From: Chiloscyllium plagiosum
Taxonomy: Eukaryota
Reading direction: 5' to 3'
NCBI RefSeq assembly: GCF_004010195.1
Contig: NC_057717.1
Location: 105,976,592-105,996,591 of the forward strand
DNA length: 20,000 nt
Positions 19,464 to 20,000 of the stretch are shown piece after piece. The notes beneath the pieces are model-generated. The model saw only the letters and a list, made by a program, of their open reading frames with translations, was not told the origin of the DNA and did not search any database. A program made the position numbers and the translations under genes. Numbering within the stretch: the first letter of the stretch is position 1; each line of letters starts with the position of its first letter.

Positions 19464-20000
19464 AGCATCGTCTGGTCTCAGCTGCATTGGGGTGTACACC
19501 AGCACTGCCTGGTCTCAGCTGCATTGGGGTGTACACCAGCATCGCCTGGTCTCAGCTGCATTGGGGTGAGCACCAGCACTGCCTGATCTCTGCTGCATTG
19601 GGGTGTACACCAGCATCGCATGGTCTCTGCTGCATTGGGGTATACACCAGCATCGCCTGGTCTCAGCTGCATTGGGGTGTACACCAGCATTGCCTGGTCT
19701 CAACTGCATTGGGGTGTACACCAGCATCGCCTGGTCTCAGCTGCATTGGGGTATACACCAGCATCGCCTGGTCTCAGCTGCATTGGGGTGTACACCAGCA
19801 TTGCCTGGTCTCAGCTGCATTGGGGTGTACACCAGCACTGCCTGGTCTCAGCTGCATTGGGGTGTACACCAGCACTGCCCACCAGCATCGCCTGGTCTCA
19901 ACTGCATGGGGTGTACACCAGCATCGCCTGGTCTCAGCTGCATTGGGGTGTACACCAGCATCGCCTGGACTCAGCTGCATTGGGGTGTGCACCAGCATCG
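19464..20000. repeat. 37-bp minisatellite, ggtctcagctgcattggggtgtacaccagcatcgcct (about 14 units, runs off the window)
   Basis: Unit starts at 19474, 19511, 19548 and so on; no unique spacers. Confidence 0.98.

Noticed and set aside
19329..19586. 85-aa ORF as the next TMEM205 exon
   Set aside because: It lacks the expected RHTFGLVQSKLFP-type motif and runs into the minisatellite.
19464..20000. CRISPR array (37-bp partly palindromic repeats)
   Set aside because: Units are head-to-tail with no unique spacers, there are no cas genes, and the context is a vertebrate intron.

Overview
Vertebrate nuclear DNA. The repeat families (CR1/HER1-type LINE tails, Deu/SacSINE1-like SINEs, Penelope-like elements) point to a cartilaginous fish (shark); this is inference, not a database result. 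Manual splice-site reading gives two head-to-head genes that the ORF track misses. On the minus strand is a CCDC159-like coiled-coil gene: a probable non-coding first exon ending at 15894, then six phase-compatible coding exons from 11094 down to 1306, with the 3' part not found in the window. On the plus strand is TMEM205, whose first coding exon is 18986-19085. They share a CpG-rich bidirectional promoter at about 15950-16600 that contains a 21-bp GC-box tandem repeat. Introns are packed with decayed CR1, L2, SINE and Penelope-like fragments; three Penelope tails keep a minimal hammerhead-ribozyme motif. The most unusual item is a 42-bp minisatellite of about 26 units (7331-9350) whose unit is an antisense copy of the CR1 3'-terminal stem-loop region, split by a CR1 inserted in the opposite orientation. 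A 37-bp palindrome-containing minisatellite runs off the right end. There is an assembly gap at 32-154. No prokaryotic system, CRISPR array, rRNA or intact tRNA is supported. Homology calls are from memory of the families and need confirming by search.
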